Shown here: positions 25,868 through 26,785 of the stretch, in pieces
Layout: every line of letters begins with the position of its first letter
How positions within the stretch are numbered: the first letter of the stretch is position 1
Source: a bacterium
GTDB taxonomy: Bacteria; SZUA-182; DTGQ01
DNA length: 26,785 nt
Assembly (NCBI GenBank): GCA_040752695.1
Contig: JBFMGO010000085.1
Location: forward strand, 1 to 26,785
Direction of reading: 5' to 3'
Made by a program: the position numbers and the translations under genes
Notes under the pieces: generated by a model
The model's database searches: none
Told to the model about the DNA's origin: nothing
What the model saw: the letters and a program-made list of their open reading frames with translations, nothing else

Positions 25868-26690
25868 GGGCGGGGTCCTCCTGTGCTCTGTCAAGGGTGT
25901 TGATTTTTTCCGCTCCCTTTTTCTTTTGTAATACCAGCCTGTTATAACGGCATAAGGCAGCACCGGAAATTTTTTCATCGTACTTCTGCAATATAATTTC
26001 CGCCACCTTTTTATAGGCCATTCCCTGCTGAAGCAATGTTATTGCTTCAGCTTTGGCCTCTTCGGAGAGCTCATCAATTTTGAATCCGCATCGGCCAGGT
26101 ATCCTTTGCCCTGTTGGAAGATCATCGGAAGACGACAATATCTTGCTCCGGATCTTGATCTTGGAAGTGCTCTTGGAAAATGATATCTCAACTTCAAAAC
26201 CAGAATACTGCATCACTTCTCTGACGACCTCGATGGCTGTTTTCTCCGGATCAGGATTGAGCGGCGTACTCTTCTTTGCACCAGGCATGGTATAACTGCC
26301 GGTTTTGCGAAGCGAGGGGAGAACTTCGGATGTGACCCATTTCCGGAAAGGTTTGGCTTGCGGTTTGTTTGAACGAAAGATGAGTGTATAGAGGCCGGAT
26401 TCATTGATGACCGCCATTTCCTGGGGACCACCAAGGGTGTGTATCTTTAGCGACTCCCTTTCATCATCATCTAATTTTTCAATGGCATGTCTATATTGAG
26501 ATATTTCCAATATCGCACATACGTCCTTTGCCACCCACCAGGGATTGCCATGCTCATCAATTGCTGTCCTTACTGCATGCTCTCCATAGTTGAAACATAT
26601 TAACGAGAAGTTATCATTATTGGTGGATTGCTGTGAAAAAGGTGAGTTAGAATCGTGCCCGTTTCCGGACGGAATGGTTTGTATAGACAT
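25860..26690 (-). CDS. Bro-N family (antirepressor-like) protein with C-terminal gp27-like HTH
   Basis: VRT......PWWVAKDVCAIL, INESGLYTLIFRSNKPQAKPFRKWVTSEVLPSLRKTGSY. Confidence 0.92.
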   Translation of the reverse strand: MSIQTIPSGNGHDSNSPFSQQSTNNDNFSLICFNYGEHAVRTAIDEHGNPWWVAKDVCAILEISQYRHAIEKLDDDERESLKIHTLGGPQEMAVINESGLYTLIFRSNKPQAKPFRKWVTSEVLPSLRKTGSYTMPGAKKSTPLNPDPEKTAIEVVREVMQYSGFEVEISFSKSTSKIKIRSKILSSSDDLPTGQRIPGRCGFKIDELSEEAKAEAITLLQQGMAYKKVAEIILQKYDEKISGAALCRYNRLVLQKKKGAEKINTLDRAQEDPAHE

Positions 26691-26765
26691 GGCTACACCT
26701 CCGTTTAGTTGCGAGAATGACCGCCAAAAGAGAAAGCCTGAGTGTTTGTCACGACCCTAAACGGA
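26691..26765 (-). promoter_or_regulatory. Structured leader able to sequester the Bro-N RBS
   Basis: Minus-strand TCCGTTTAG (26765-26757) pairs with CTAAACGGA (26708-26700), which overlaps GGAGG. Confidence 0.6.
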
Positions 26766-26785
26766 CGGCCGCCCCGGACCTCGCG

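Larger units (their letters stand above)
2243..26785 (-). mobile_element. Mu-like transposable prophage (right end, late and part of middle region) with a siphovirus-type tail
   Basis: Mu gene order (gp25-26-27, terminase, portal, MuF, protease I, gpT, gp35, gp36, gpG); TG terminus inserted in a host gene; no sheath or baseplate genes seen. Confidence 0.93.

Noticed and set aside
2243..26785. Genome-wide TGA reassignment
   Set aside because: Many genes end in TGA at natural C-termini with coupled starts; only MuF shows an internal TGA.

Overview
Bases 1-2242 are host DNA: the 3' part of a degenerate P-loop/STAND-like NTPase gene, then a WD40-repeat gene that is cut mid-repeat at about 2243. 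From 2243 (TG terminus followed by tandem transposase-site-like repeats) to the window end lies a Mu-like transposable prophage, read on the minus strand. In transcription order it carries: Bro-N protein, small middle genes, amidase endolysin and holin, gp25/26/27-like genes, terminase, portal, MuF, protease/scaffold, cement protein, major capsid, gp35/36/G-like genes, a non-contractile tail module, and a terminal DNA adenine methyltransferase in the position of Mu mom. Main observations: (1) MuF has an in-frame TGA exactly at the conserved Cys of its PPxHxxCR motif, followed by a SECIS-like hairpin and an in-frame HExxH domain, making it a candidate phage selenoprotein or Se-gated MuF effector. 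(2) A 36-bp motif recurs four times ahead of the lysis, head, internal scaffold and tail units. (3) A 34-nt hairpin sits before the RBS of both the capsid and small-terminase genes. (4) The Bro-N protein carries a copy of the small-terminase HTH. (5) A 70-aa stand-alone MuA C-terminal domain ends in a clamp-binding-like motif. (6) A lipoprotein-signalled fibre-like protein sits in the head cluster. All family calls are by eye; no database searches were run.
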